From a virus, in the IMG/VR virus record IMGVR_UViG_3300045988_116240: 64,000 bases of DNA. The stretch is one strand, 5' to 3'. Positions 44,505-53,726 of the stretch are shown here, one piece after another (positions within the stretch are counted from its first letter, which is position 1; every line of letters begins with the position of its first letter). The notes under the pieces were generated by a model. That model had not been told where the DNA came from, did no database searches, and was given only the letters and a program-made list of their open reading frames with translations. The position numbers and the translations under genes were made by a program.

Positions 44505-44948
44505 ATGACATATGAGTTTGAATATATAAAGGCGATAAATAAATGCGAGATGCTATCCAGCTTCGAGGGACGTGATCTCGTCGGGGATAGCGGGGAAAGC
44601 CTATATCTAAAGATAAAGATAACGGAACAGGACAGGCCTCTTATAAGGACATATCTGGAACAAGCGGCAAGGTCGTTGGAGGAAGGCATGTCCAAAATCA
44701 TAACCTCTTCCGCTTACTCGGAAGAAGGGTTCGTATGGGAGGTCAGGACGGAGGATACACGTTGGAACGTCAACAGGAAACTGGACGAGAACCTGTTGGA
44801 CGCTCTGGTTGGTTATTCCATGATGAGTTGGCTTTCTGATCGGAAGCCTGATAGGATAGGGGTTTATAAATCTTTGTGGGAGGATATGTCCGTCATGTGC
44901 GTGAAGAACATATACAGGAAGAATCCCCCGCTATTAAAAAAAGCATGA
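44505..44948 (+). CDS. hypothetical protein (head-completion/adaptor candidate by position)
   Basis: ORF track entry. Confidence 0.45.
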   Translation: MTYEFEYIKAINKCEMLSSFEGRDLVGDSGESLYLKIKITEQDRPLIRTYLEQAARSLEEGMSKIITSSAYSEEGFVWEVRTEDTRWNVNRKLDENLLDALVGYSMMSWLSDRKPDRIGVYKSLWEDMSVMCVKNIYRKNPPLLKKA

Positions 44949-44949
44949 T

Positions 44950-45477
44950 ATGGACATAAATCTAGGTTGGACATATTTAAAGCATGACATAGACCAGTGG
45001 ACGTGGAGGCTGGGAGATATGAGAAAGGAGGATCCCGGTAAAAGATTCTCCTCGCAGTCCGATGATAACGAGGCCGATGATACTTTTATAAGACGCAAGA
45101 TAGAGGAGGCGGTGGCGACCTTAAAGGTTTCCTTGTCCGGTATCTTGGAGGATATGCCCGGCGATTCGGATGACTCATTGGATACCGATGCCGTGAATTG
45201 GGTGTTGCGCATGAAGGATCGTCGTGGAGGATATGATAGTGAGTCATTGGCGACCTTGATCCATAAATACGTGGTGTGGTTCGTCCTTTGGAATTGGTGC
45301 CTGATTTACTTTGAGGAACTAGCCGGAAAGCTAGAGGAGGAGTTAAAGGGAATAGCGTCCATGATAGAGGAAACCGCCTATTCAAGGAAAGCCCCGCGAA
45401 AGTGCAAGAGGAAGCCGTTTAAGGATATCGATGATGTCATTGTTGATGATGTCATTATAGAAACAGGAGAAATATGA
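44950..45477 (+). CDS. hypothetical protein
   Basis: ORF track entry; 1-nt gap from the upstream gene. Confidence 0.5.
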   Translation: MDINLGWTYLKHDIDQWTWRLGDMRKEDPGKRFSSQSDDNEADDTFIRRKIEEAVATLKVSLSGILEDMPGDSDDSLDTDAVNWVLRMKDRRGGYDSESLATLIHKYVVWFVLWNWCLIYFEELAGKLEEELKGIASMIEETAYSRKAPRKCKRKPFKDIDDVIVDDVIIETGEI

Positions 45478-45989
45478 GAGACAGGAAAATCATACAGCCA
45501 CGTGTCGATATGCGTGGATTTGAGTTAACGATAACGCTATTGAGGTGCGAGATTGAGTATGACGTGGATTTCGAGACATGGAAGGTTGGGGATGTATCGG
45601 GCCTTCCCGGAAAGGAAAGAGCTGGGCTGGAGACCTCAGAGGAAACGGCGGATTGGATGTTTCGTCAAGTGAATGACGCGTTGTCGGAGGCTACCGGCCA
45701 TTTACGGGCGTTTTCCCCTTGGGTTCAGAGCCGTGCCGTAACGGACGAGGTGAAGGATGATAGGGAATGGATCATAAACTTGGTGATGGAAAGAGGATGG
45801 CGTGGAGATCCGAGGAGATTGGCCGTTTATATCCACCGTTTCGTGGTTGATAGCGTATTATCTTTTTGGTATAGGATGGTAGATCCATCTAGGGTACAGA
45901 TGTACGCCTCTCAAAAGGAGGAGGATCGAAGAAATATCATAAACGAGGCAAGGGAGACACAGGTTAAGGATGTTTATTTCAGATTATAA
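45474..45989 (+). CDS. hypothetical protein
   Basis: ORF track entry; 4-nt overlap with the upstream gene. Confidence 0.5.
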   Translation: MRDRKIIQPRVDMRGFELTITLLRCEIEYDVDFETWKVGDVSGLPGKERAGLETSEETADWMFRQVNDALSEATGHLRAFSPWVQSRAVTDEVKDDREWIINLVMERGWRGDPRRLAVYIHRFVVDSVLSFWYRMVDPSRVQMYASQKEEDRRNIINEARETQVKDVYFRL

Positions 45990-45992
45990 ATC

Positions 45993-46283
45993 ATGGGAAA
46001 AGGTTTTGAGAATGGTCACATGAAGATGGGAGGAAGGGAGAAGGGAACCCGGAATAAGAACACGGAGATAAAGAATTTTTTCCGTGATTTCGTAATCGAC
46101 AATCAGGAAGAGTTCAAGAAAGCTTTCCTCAAGCTAAAGGATAAGGATAAATGCGCTGTTTATTTAAAAGCTAGTGAGTTCGTGGTACCAAAGGTATCCT
46201 CTATAAAGTTCGAGGACGCTAAAAACACTAATTCCGCTATTGAGTTGTTGAAGGTTGCGGCCAGTTACAAGCAAAAAAAATGA
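45993..46283 (+). CDS. small basic protein (GGREKGTRNKN N-terminus; possible DNA-binding or small-terminase-like)
   Basis: ORF track entry, 96 aa. The G-R-x-K-G-x-x-N-K pattern recalls DUF5681-type phage proteins. Confidence 0.4.
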   Translation: MGKGFENGHMKMGGREKGTRNKNTEIKNFFRDFVIDNQEEFKKAFLKLKDKDKCAVYLKASEFVVPKVSSIKFEDAKNTNSAIELLKVAASYKQKK

Positions 46284-46313
46284 CATATACCCCCGGCTAG
46301 GCCGAGGGGTACT

Positions 46314-48860
46314 TTAACGCATCCTCCAATCCCTTCTAGTCTCGAATCTTACTCTGGTTCCTGATAATGTATCTAAATCATATAGGTTTGAGAAATAAAC
46401 GAGCCGATAGTATTTAAAAGCCCTTTGCCTAAGAGATTTAAGCCGAGACCAATTTTTCCTATCCGCGCTTACGAATACCGCTATCTTGATTTTCGAGGAC
46501 TCATCCTTTCGTAAACCCAACGTCCTAAGATCGACTAGTACCTTCAAAGAGAAAGGATCTCCTAACGTCAAGGCACGTGTGATCGCTATGCCTTTTCTGG
46601 TATCTTCCGAGACATATTTTTCCAGTGAGTACAAGGCGTTACCTATTTGCACTACCGAGCTTGGATAATCTTGCGCCATGGCCTTGACCTCTTCCCCTAC
46701 GAAAGTGGAGAATTCCCCGGTGTCCAAAGAATATACATAATGCTTTCTAGTCCCTTTGGGATAAATATGCAATAGGGAATTCGTATAATCATAGGCAATC
46801 TTACAAGCTCGCAATGTCTCTACGAAAGTTTCCGTGTCCGGGATGAAAAGATCGCTAAAATCCGGGTTGACATTAAAGAATGTCTCATCAATATTTACTC
46901 CTTCCAACGATGACGATAAAAGGCTGATATCGGAGCCTTGCAATAATTTAAGGCCACGCTCGGTACTGAATACTATCGAGGAATCCAGTTGCGTGATACT
47001 ATCCGGATTATTGCAAACATCCCTGCTTATAGGTTGGATGGAGGAATACAATCCCGCATCCGATAATTGCAAGGCCCATATCCCATCGGAAGAGAAAGCG
47101 TATAAGGGAAACTGCCCGAATTGCCCTTGGGACAGTGCTTTAGTGGTGGATCGGATACCTACGATCTCACCGGTTCCCACCGTGTTTATTCCCGCCAACG
47201 GGAAATAAAACGGGTTATTGACCTCGGACGTATATATCTTGTTTGGCATATTGACCGACTTGTCCGTTGATATTGGTGTGCTATCGCTGCCCGGTTTAAA
47301 TATGATCGGGGCGTATGAGTCGAAATAGTAAGCCCCGTTCAGCGTGTTATGCGGAGAGAGGGTAACGATCGCTTGGTATCCGTCCGAGTTTCGTGTTATC
47401 ACCATCTTGTATGCGTTAGCGTTGGGGTAATATAGGTAATGCAAATTGATACCAAGGTTATATGAGGAGGATGTTTGAACGACGATATCCTTTTCTCCTT
47501 CTCTTATGAAAACCTTTATGCTCAACGTGCTGCTACCGTCGTTGTACGTTACCATGGACTCCGGAGGATAACCATCAAATAGTATCCTTTTTATATTAGC
47601 TATATTTAACCGCTGGTTATAAGTATAGGAATAATCAGGTATTAGCCAATCTAAATTCTGGTACCCGTCCGCGTCAACAAGTTGCTCTCGATTTTGCAAC
47701 GATCCCAGCACATTATCCTCTAAAGTTAGAGAGCGTCTTTCACCCCCGTTATAACCGCACAAGTCCTCATACGCTATGCTTGCTACTTTGTAAAACAATG
47801 AATTATCCGGCACCTTATTATCCATGGCCTTTCCGGGTAAGACGAGTTGATCGGTATAACCTGATCCCGGCAGGGCTATGGACAAGGCTTCCTCGAATGT
47901 ATGCCTATTGTAATATCCTCCACCTATAGAGTACACCCCGAAACCGTTATCGTCTGATATCTTTTGTGCCCCATTAATCTCCCCATAATAATCAAAGGTG
48001 TATATTGGCGGCGTTATGAATATATCAAGGCTTTTAACTATGTCCTTCCACCATTCCCTTTGATTCCCCATTCCGCTGACTTTGTAATTAATGGAGCATA
48101 CCACTGAGGATATAATGAAGTTTACAATGATCTTTGCGTCAAAATCCTCTGTGTCCACGTCAATAGTAAATGGAACGTGAGGAGTTACTCCGGACGATGG
48201 TATCATCAGTATCGGGGCTGATTGCATGTAAGACGTTCCGTCATATAGTCTATAAGCGTAACGAATAAAGAACGGATATATAAACATGCCTCGATCTACA
48301 CTTCTCTCCCTGATAAATTTTGAGACATATCCCATTACGGAATTACTGATAGTTGATAGTTGATCTTCCGTAAAGGCTCCATTATAGGGAGGATCAACGG
48401 ATACGGACAATTGTTCGGTCTTATCCAATGATCCTACCAATCCGAATGACAGGATAGGGAAGGGGGGCTTATCTCCTAATTCCTTATAAAACTCTCCATC
48501 CCAAAGTAAATATCTTATAGGATCTTCGCTTATTACAATCAAGGTGTTTCCTATGGACGTGATAGCTTTGGGAATTTTGTCATATTGGTTCGCCCCTATA
48601 AGATGGGTCGTTCCGTCCGTATCCGCATAGCGTAAAACATTCGTCTGGAAAAAGATATAGTGAAGGAGATCCTTTGTCCGATGCACGTACATAAGTATCG
48701 ATCCTTCCGGAAGGGTTATGCCTAGTTCTTTTGGAGGCTGTATATTCACCAGTTCGCCATTCTTTGGTATCAGATTCACGCATTCTGATAATTCCCCCTC
48801 GTTTCCAATAGATGGAGAACGGTGTATCCCATAGGATAATGAAATATCTTGCTGTTCCAT
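46314..48860 (-). CDS. large structural protein candidate (tail or tubular)
   Basis: 848 aa, beta-rich; no motif recognised. Confidence 0.45.
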   Translation of the reverse strand: MEQQDISLSYGIHRSPSIGNEGELSECVNLIPKNGELVNIQPPKELGITLPEGSILMYVHRTKDLLHYIFFQTNVLRYADTDGTTHLIGANQYDKIPKAITSIGNTLIVISEDPIRYLLWDGEFYKELGDKPPFPILSFGLVGSLDKTEQLSVSVDPPYNGAFTEDQLSTISNSVMGYVSKFIRERSVDRGMFIYPFFIRYAYRLYDGTSYMQSAPILMIPSSGVTPHVPFTIDVDTEDFDAKIIVNFIISSVVCSINYKVSGMGNQREWWKDIVKSLDIFITPPIYTFDYYGEINGAQKISDDNGFGVYSIGGGYYNRHTFEEALSIALPGSGYTDQLVLPGKAMDNKVPDNSLFYKVASIAYEDLCGYNGGERRSLTLEDNVLGSLQNREQLVDADGYQNLDWLIPDYSYTYNQRLNIANIKRILFDGYPPESMVTYNDGSSTLSIKVFIREGEKDIVVQTSSSYNLGINLHYLYYPNANAYKMVITRNSDGYQAIVTLSPHNTLNGAYYFDSYAPIIFKPGSDSTPISTDKSVNMPNKIYTSEVNNPFYFPLAGINTVGTGEIVGIRSTTKALSQGQFGQFPLYAFSSDGIWALQLSDAGLYSSIQPISRDVCNNPDSITQLDSSIVFSTERGLKLLQGSDISLLSSSLEGVNIDETFFNVNPDFSDLFIPDTETFVETLRACKIAYDYTNSLLHIYPKGTRKHYVYSLDTGEFSTFVGEEVKAMAQDYPSSVVQIGNALYSLEKYVSEDTRKGIAITRALTLGDPFSLKVLVDLRTLGLRKDESSKIKIAVFVSADRKNWSRLKSLRQRAFKYYRLVYFSNLYDLDTLSGTRVRFETRRDWRMR

Positions 48861-48947
48861 TTTTTGCGATAAAATTATATGATATAAGTAATAGGTTTTG
48901 ACATATTGATCAAAACCTATTGCATTTAGATGGCCTTGATGTGCCTG

Positions 48948-49772
48948 TTATGATGACATGTATTTTTTTACGACATCCATATTACTAAAGGACATGGATA
49001 GAAACCGCACTGAGTCATTCCTTACGCTAGTCAATGCCTCCACGTTGTCTTCAAATGGATTTAACGATTTTATGGCGGAGACAAGATCATGCATACAATA
49101 GCATGCCAACAATACATACGATCCCATGACCTCTGAATTGTTTTGTTCAGCGGCTTTATGCAATACTTTGTCTGCGAATCCCATCTTAACCATATTGCCA
49201 TTGTCATCTTTTTGATACATAGGTATATCAACTCCCATTTTGTCCTTGAAAAAATCCGCTATGGATAAATTAGCCTCTGCTTGTAGGCATCCGTATAGCC
49301 TCTCCAAATCTTTCGGGATGGTCTCTTGAACTATATCTGTCCAATCATCACAGACCAACTCCCTTATGACTGAGTAAGGCTCAAGCCTGTCATTGGGAAT
49401 ATCCATGACTTTCACGCTTCCATCCTCGTTATAGTCATCGTCATCGCCGCCATATTCATTAACGCTCTCGACACGTTTCGAGGAAGCGTAATATTTCCAG
49501 CTCCCACCAAACTCTGTCAGGTATTCATCCAGTGTTTTTATCCATCCATTCAGCTTGTATATGAATTGATGAAGATACATTTCCCACAAGCATGTATCAT
49601 AAAAAAGATCAATGCAATATCGGCTATTTTCATCATCTTTATGACGAAAAGTACGGGGTGCGGATATGATTCTCGCCATATCCAAATTCCCTAACACCTT
49701 ATTGAAAAAGTTGGCCAATAAACTGTCTTCATCTATGCGTGATAACAGCTCATAAAAAGGTTTATCTCTCAT
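48948..49772 (-). CDS. hypothetical protein
   Basis: ORF track entry, 274 aa. Confidence 0.5.
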   Translation of the reverse strand: MRDKPFYELLSRIDEDSLLANFFNKVLGNLDMARIISAPRTFRHKDDENSRYCIDLFYDTCLWEMYLHQFIYKLNGWIKTLDEYLTEFGGSWKYYASSKRVESVNEYGGDDDDYNEDGSVKVMDIPNDRLEPYSVIRELVCDDWTDIVQETIPKDLERLYGCLQAEANLSIADFFKDKMGVDIPMYQKDDNGNMVKMGFADKVLHKAAEQNNSEVMGSYVLLACYCMHDLVSAIKSLNPFEDNVEALTSVRNDSVRFLSMSFSNMDVVKKYMSS

Positions 49773-49862
49773 TAGGCTGAAATTTTAAGGTTATACAAAT
49801 CAAGGATGAACTTCTTCCCGGCCTCCGTCCAATACATATGCTGGCGTGTCTTAATCTCATGG

Positions 49863-50048
49863 TTATTTATTATTAATAGAATGCTCTAATTCCGTAACCA
49901 ATGACACATTGCAGATAGCTCTTTGTCTCTGCCACTCAAGAAACTTATTTTGTAATTCCTCGTTTCCCGAGTCAGATATTAATCTGAGCAGTTCAGATTC
50001 TATTTTGCTAAGTTTTTCAACTTCGATTTGATGATTACTTTTACTCAT
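49863..50048 (-). CDS. small hypothetical protein
   Basis: ORF track entry, 61 aa. Confidence 0.45.
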   Translation of the reverse strand: MSKSNHQIEVEKLSKIESELLRLISDSGNEELQNKFLEWQRQRAICNVSLVTELEHSINNK

Positions 50049-50054
50049 GATTTC

Positions 50055-50333
50055 TTACGGTTTAGCTACTAATTTCAATCTATATCCTAAGTTGTTAGTT
50101 TTCTCATCCTTATCTATCAGATGAGAGTACAATTCATCCATTATGATATAAAATATCACTTTGGGTAAAGGCTTTTGAAGGTAATTTGCGAAGTCTTCAA
50201 ACAATAAATGTTTTGGGGTTACTTCTTCTATTTCTTCAAAACATTCATGTAGTGGCTTAAATTGTAAGCCATGTTTTTGGGGATTTGTCAGCAATTCTTT
50301 ATATGCATTGACTGTTTCAGGTGATAATACCAT
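50055..50333 (-). CDS. hypothetical protein
   Basis: ORF track entry, 92 aa. Confidence 0.5.
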   Translation of the reverse strand: MVLSPETVNAYKELLTNPQKHGLQFKPLHECFEEIEEVTPKHLLFEDFANYLQKPLPKVIFYIIMDELYSHLIDKDEKTNNLGYRLKLVAKP

Positions 50334-50347
50334 AAATTCATCATTTA

Positions 50348-50569
50348 TTAATGTTGTACTAACTCTAACTCTGATTCAAAAAATTCCTCGAAATACATTT
50401 TCCCGTTAGGATAATGGAGCATAACACAATAAAGGTTTTCTTTACGTGCCCCATCTTTGGTTTTAACTAAAGACTTTTCTTCCACGACTTCAGCGATAAC
50501 GCCGACTTCCGACTTATGCCTTTCGTTCGTACACCACACATGTTGTTTTATTTTATATTTTGTTGCCAT
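50348..50569 (-). CDS. hypothetical protein
   Basis: ORF track entry, 73 aa. Confidence 0.5.
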   Translation of the reverse strand: MATKYKIKQHVWCTNERHKSEVGVIAEVVEEKSLVKTKDGARKENLYCVMLHYPNGKMYFEEFFESELELVQH

Positions 50570-50583
50570 GATTTATTTATTTG

Positions 50584-50796
50584 TTACCATTCTATTATTA
50601 ATCCATAATCCCCTCGGAGCCATTCTCCTTGATAGACTTTGAATCCTTGTCTCATGAGTTCAAGTTTGCACTCATCGGAGAAGTATACCCAATGCGGGAA
50701 AAATATTTTATACTCGTTTTGTTTATTCGCTTCTTTTATAGCATTATATATCTGATCTAACGATGGTGAGTTTTTTTCTAATTCTCTAGCTTCCAT
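50584..50796 (-). CDS. hypothetical protein
   Basis: ORF track entry, 70 aa. Confidence 0.5.
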   Translation of the reverse strand: MEARELEKNSPSLDQIYNAIKEANKQNEYKIFFPHWVYFSDECKLELMRQGFKVYQGEWLRGDYGLIIEW

Positions 50797-50839
50797 ATAT
50801 TTTTTTAATTATGAGCCTCCCATGAAGGCTCGGTTAATA

Positions 50840-51010
50840 CTATTCATTTTTGCTACGTTTCTCGATCATATAAATATTTTTACCATCATTTACCGTGACC
50901 AGAAATAACTTATCGCAATTTAGACATTTGCAATTATATAACCCACAGAGAAAAGATCCCTTTATGTATCTAGTCGAATGACAGAATGGGCATTTTATTG
51001 AATTATCCAT
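50840..51010 (-). CDS. small zinc-ribbon-like protein (56 aa)
   Basis: MDNSIKCPFCHSTRYIKGSFLCGLYNCKCLNCDKLF... has two CxxC pairs. Its ATG overlaps the upstream stop by 8 nt. Confidence 0.45.
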   Translation of the reverse strand: MDNSIKCPFCHSTRYIKGSFLCGLYNCKCLNCDKLFLVTVNDGKNIYMIEKRSKNE

Positions 51011-51368
51011 GATTTTCAGGTATTATCATCCAGTGTGTAATGTCTTCATCATCAACATGACCATTTGACAAAGCCCACATACTTTTATTATATCCTTTAT
51101 TCTCTCTTAACCAGCCTAAGACAAGATGTCTTATAGAATTTATATCAAATAACAGAACCTCTTCTCCGGGTGGCGGTAGCCGATCCTTCACGCTTATCCA
51201 CGGAGATTTCTTTGCCTGCCATTCGGCACCGGCTTTGAAAGCATTTATCATATCTATATCATCATAAGGATAGTCTAATGATGATTGACAATTAGCGATC
51301 CTACATCTATTGGAAAATAATTTTGCTGCTTCTTCTACTGTCTGTCCCATATCAATATTTCTTTCCAT
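51003..51368 (-). CDS. DUF551-like phage protein
   Basis: KSPWISVKDRLPPPGEEVLLFD matches the W-I-S-V-x-D-x-L-P pattern of DUF551. Confidence 0.5.
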   Translation of the reverse strand: MERNIDMGQTVEEAAKLFSNRCRIANCQSSLDYPYDDIDMINAFKAGAEWQAKKSPWISVKDRLPPPGEEVLLFDINSIRHLVLGWLRENKGYNKSMWALSNGHVDDEDITHWMIIPENHG

Positions 51369-51939
51369 GTTTATTCTCCCTTAATTCGTTGTATTTCATT
51401 TTCTGCTCGATGTGCCATAGGAGATCTATATACAGTAAATCTGCGTTAAGAAATATAACTACGATCGAAGCCTTGATTACTTCCGCTATATCCCCATCGT
51501 TGGTTAGGATAGATGTTAAAAAGAACATCCTCTCAGTAAAAGACATTTCCTTTAAAGCATCATCCCAGTCTTTATATTCCGGCTCTTTCATGAAATCGTA
51601 GATATCTTCAAGGCTGATATCTAACGATCCGGCAAGGTCTAGCAAGCGGATAACCGCATCTGAAAGTTCATCCTCCACGGTATCCTTAATATACCTATTG
51701 AATACGTTAATAAACTTTTCTTCAGTTGTTAACCACCCTTGACACTCTGCATATTCACCGAGTTTATGCTTTTCTTTATCAAAGCGCCTATTTTTCCTAT
51801 CCGCTTCCACGGCTTCCATCAGCTCACTGATAACAAGACAAAGGAAATGCTCGTTAATTAACTCTGTATTGTGAAACCCATGCGCACATGCGCATTTGTA
51901 CGCACGGTCACGGAGTGCGTTGAAATCAATCTTGCTCAT
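51352..51939 (-). CDS. MazG-like nucleotide pyrophosphohydrolase candidate
   Basis: LVISELMEAVEADRKNRR and later EDELSDAVIRLLDLA resemble MazG-type EExxE/D helices. Confidence 0.4.
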   Translation of the reverse strand: MSKIDFNALRDRAYKCACAHGFHNTELINEHFLCLVISELMEAVEADRKNRRFDKEKHKLGEYAECQGWLTTEEKFINVFNRYIKDTVEDELSDAVIRLLDLAGSLDISLEDIYDFMKEPEYKDWDDALKEMSFTERMFFLTSILTNDGDIAEVIKASIVVIFLNADLLYIDLLWHIEQKMKYNELRENKHGKKY

Positions 51940-52234
51940 ATTTATTTCTCCTTTTTATAACTTTTACAAATGTTACTTCTTGATCCGGATTTTCTTCCTC
52001 AAACCTAAATTTCTCGTTATAGAAGTCTATGAGTTCATCGAGGTCTGTAAATTCCTTTTCCACGTTATCGATGTAGTATGTCGTTTTTGGCTTGCCGTAT
52101 GATAGCTCGTGTTTTCTTGGGGTGATAGTAACAGCGGAAATCTTGTTAACGTCATCCCTGTACTTAACGATTCCACTACCTTCCATAGACATACAGGACA
52201 ATATCCTTAATTGTAAATCATCACGTGTGATCAT
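51926..52234 (-). CDS. hypothetical protein
   Basis: ORF track entry, 102 aa. Confidence 0.5.
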   Translation of the reverse strand: MITRDDLQLRILSCMSMEGSGIVKYRDDVNKISAVTITPRKHELSYGKPKTTYYIDNVEKEFTDLDELIDFYNEKFRFEEENPDQEVTFVKVIKRRNKYEQD

Positions 52235-52688
52235 GGTTACCTCCTTTCAGTAGTTCGGGATTGTCATACACTGAGCCTATAACACTTCCTTGGCACACCT
52301 CTGAGTCTAGCAGTTCACATGGATTAACCCCATCTAGGGATATGCACCATCCTGTATGTTCATATATATCAATTATTTTTAGAAACTCTCTTTTCTCTTC
52401 ATGTTTCCATGTTGAGAATATAACGGCATAAATACGTCCGCTTGGAGCTTTTATTAAATCCCCCTCGTAAATCTCCTTTCCGTTCTTGTCTTTTAGGCCT
52501 GTGTACTGGCCTACGGTAGTTTCATCAACATAAGGTGTTTTATCATAGTTTTCATTAAAATGATAACCGTCATCAATGAATTGTCCATGAACACCAATAG
52601 CTGTTTCTCCATCATTCCATTGCAATAAATCTCCATACACCCACTCTTTAGTATTAAGATTCTTCCCTCTGAATTTAATCTCACGCAT
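52221..52688 (-). CDS. YopX-family protein
   Basis: MREIKFRGKNLNTKEWVYGDL... and ...IGSVYDNPELL are typical YopX termini. Confidence 0.7.
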   Translation of the reverse strand: MREIKFRGKNLNTKEWVYGDLLQWNDGETAIGVHGQFIDDGYHFNENYDKTPYVDETTVGQYTGLKDKNGKEIYEGDLIKAPSGRIYAVIFSTWKHEEKREFLKIIDIYEHTGWCISLDGVNPCELLDSEVCQGSVIGSVYDNPELLKGGNHDHT

Positions 52689-53298
52689 TTGATCCTCCTT
52701 TCTCTAAAATATCCTTACAAGCCTTGCTATCGCACCTTACCGGTTTTTGATGGAAAGCGCACCAAGCGCCCCCGTTTGCGTCTTCATCCTCGATAAGTCG
52801 GCAATCACCGCATTTATCTGTTAGGTATTTCTTGTCAAGGTATCCTTCCTTGATAAGCCATTCAATCATATTCACAACAGCATCTAAGACATTCTTTTTC
52901 ATAACCTCATGCTTGCAGTCGTATCCCAGTTCTGTGTATTGGATGAACCAATACACGCTATCTTTTGTGATTTCCAACCTTAAATCGGGTCGGTTGCGTT
53001 GTGAAATCGAGGCAGGAAGCATGTCTATCATCTTGGATAGAGACCAAGCGGGACAATCGTCTTGATATGAATGATCGTAATCAGGGCTATCTCTAAGAAG
53101 TACACTTTCTGTCAAAGTGTATGTCTCTCCATATACATCATAGAAAAACTTTCCTTTTTCGTCTTTACGGATATCCTCCCATGGCGCTATATTGCTTTCA
53201 TCGTCAACATATAGTAAAACCATGTCCGCCGTCTCCGGTCTCACCCCGACCTCTAATAGCCGGGATGATTGTTCTTTATTCGTGCAAATTTGATTCAT
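52681..53298 (-). CDS. hypothetical protein (Cys-rich C-terminus)
   Basis: ORF track entry, 205 aa. Confidence 0.5.
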   Translation of the reverse strand: MNQICTNKEQSSRLLEVGVRPETADMVLLYVDDESNIAPWEDIRKDEKGKFFYDVYGETYTLTESVLLRDSPDYDHSYQDDCPAWSLSKMIDMLPASISQRNRPDLRLEITKDSVYWFIQYTELGYDCKHEVMKKNVLDAVVNMIEWLIKEGYLDKKYLTDKCGDCRLIEDEDANGGAWCAFHQKPVRCDSKACKDILEKGGSNA

Positions 53299-53337
53299 GT
53301 TATAATTCGTTGTTAAAATATTCCTTATTATCCATAT

Positions 53338-53484
53338 TTATCCCTCATGAATAACCACGCATTCAATTTGTTCCTCAAACGTAACGTCCACTATATCGTA
53401 GGTATAGTCATCGGATGTTTGTATAACGACCTCCGCTTCCGGGTCTTGCTCTTGGAGAAGAGCGATTAGTTCTTTATTTCTCAT
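53338..53484 (-). CDS. small acidic hypothetical protein (48 aa)
   Basis: ATG 53482-53484, TAA 53338-53340. Fills an otherwise empty gap in the operon. Confidence 0.35.
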   Translation of the reverse strand: MRNKELIALLQEQDPEAEVVIQTSDDYTYDIVDVTFEEQIECVVIHEG

Positions 53485-53489
53485 GACTG

Positions 53490-53726
53490 TTATTTTATTT
53501 CCTCATTAATAAAATCCTTCATCTCTTCATCGTAAACCCCGCTGTCACGCTGGAGCTCCAAGCATTTATCCTTGGAAAAATTGGCCTCCCTAGCTATATT
53601 AGCGGCCATAGATGGTGCCCTTAGCTCGACAACGAGCATCTGTATGGCGTACCATACGCCTCTGCAAAAGTCTAAATCGTTCATGTTGTTATATTTGATC
53701 TTATCATAGATGAATGCATCTTTCAA
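53490..53726 (-). CDS. hypothetical protein
   Basis: ORF track entry, 78 aa; abuts the dcm stop. Confidence 0.5.
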   Translation of the reverse strand: MKDAFIYDKIKYNNMNDLDFCRGVWYAIQMLVVELRAPSMAANIAREANFSKDKCLELQRDSGVYDEEMKDFINEEIK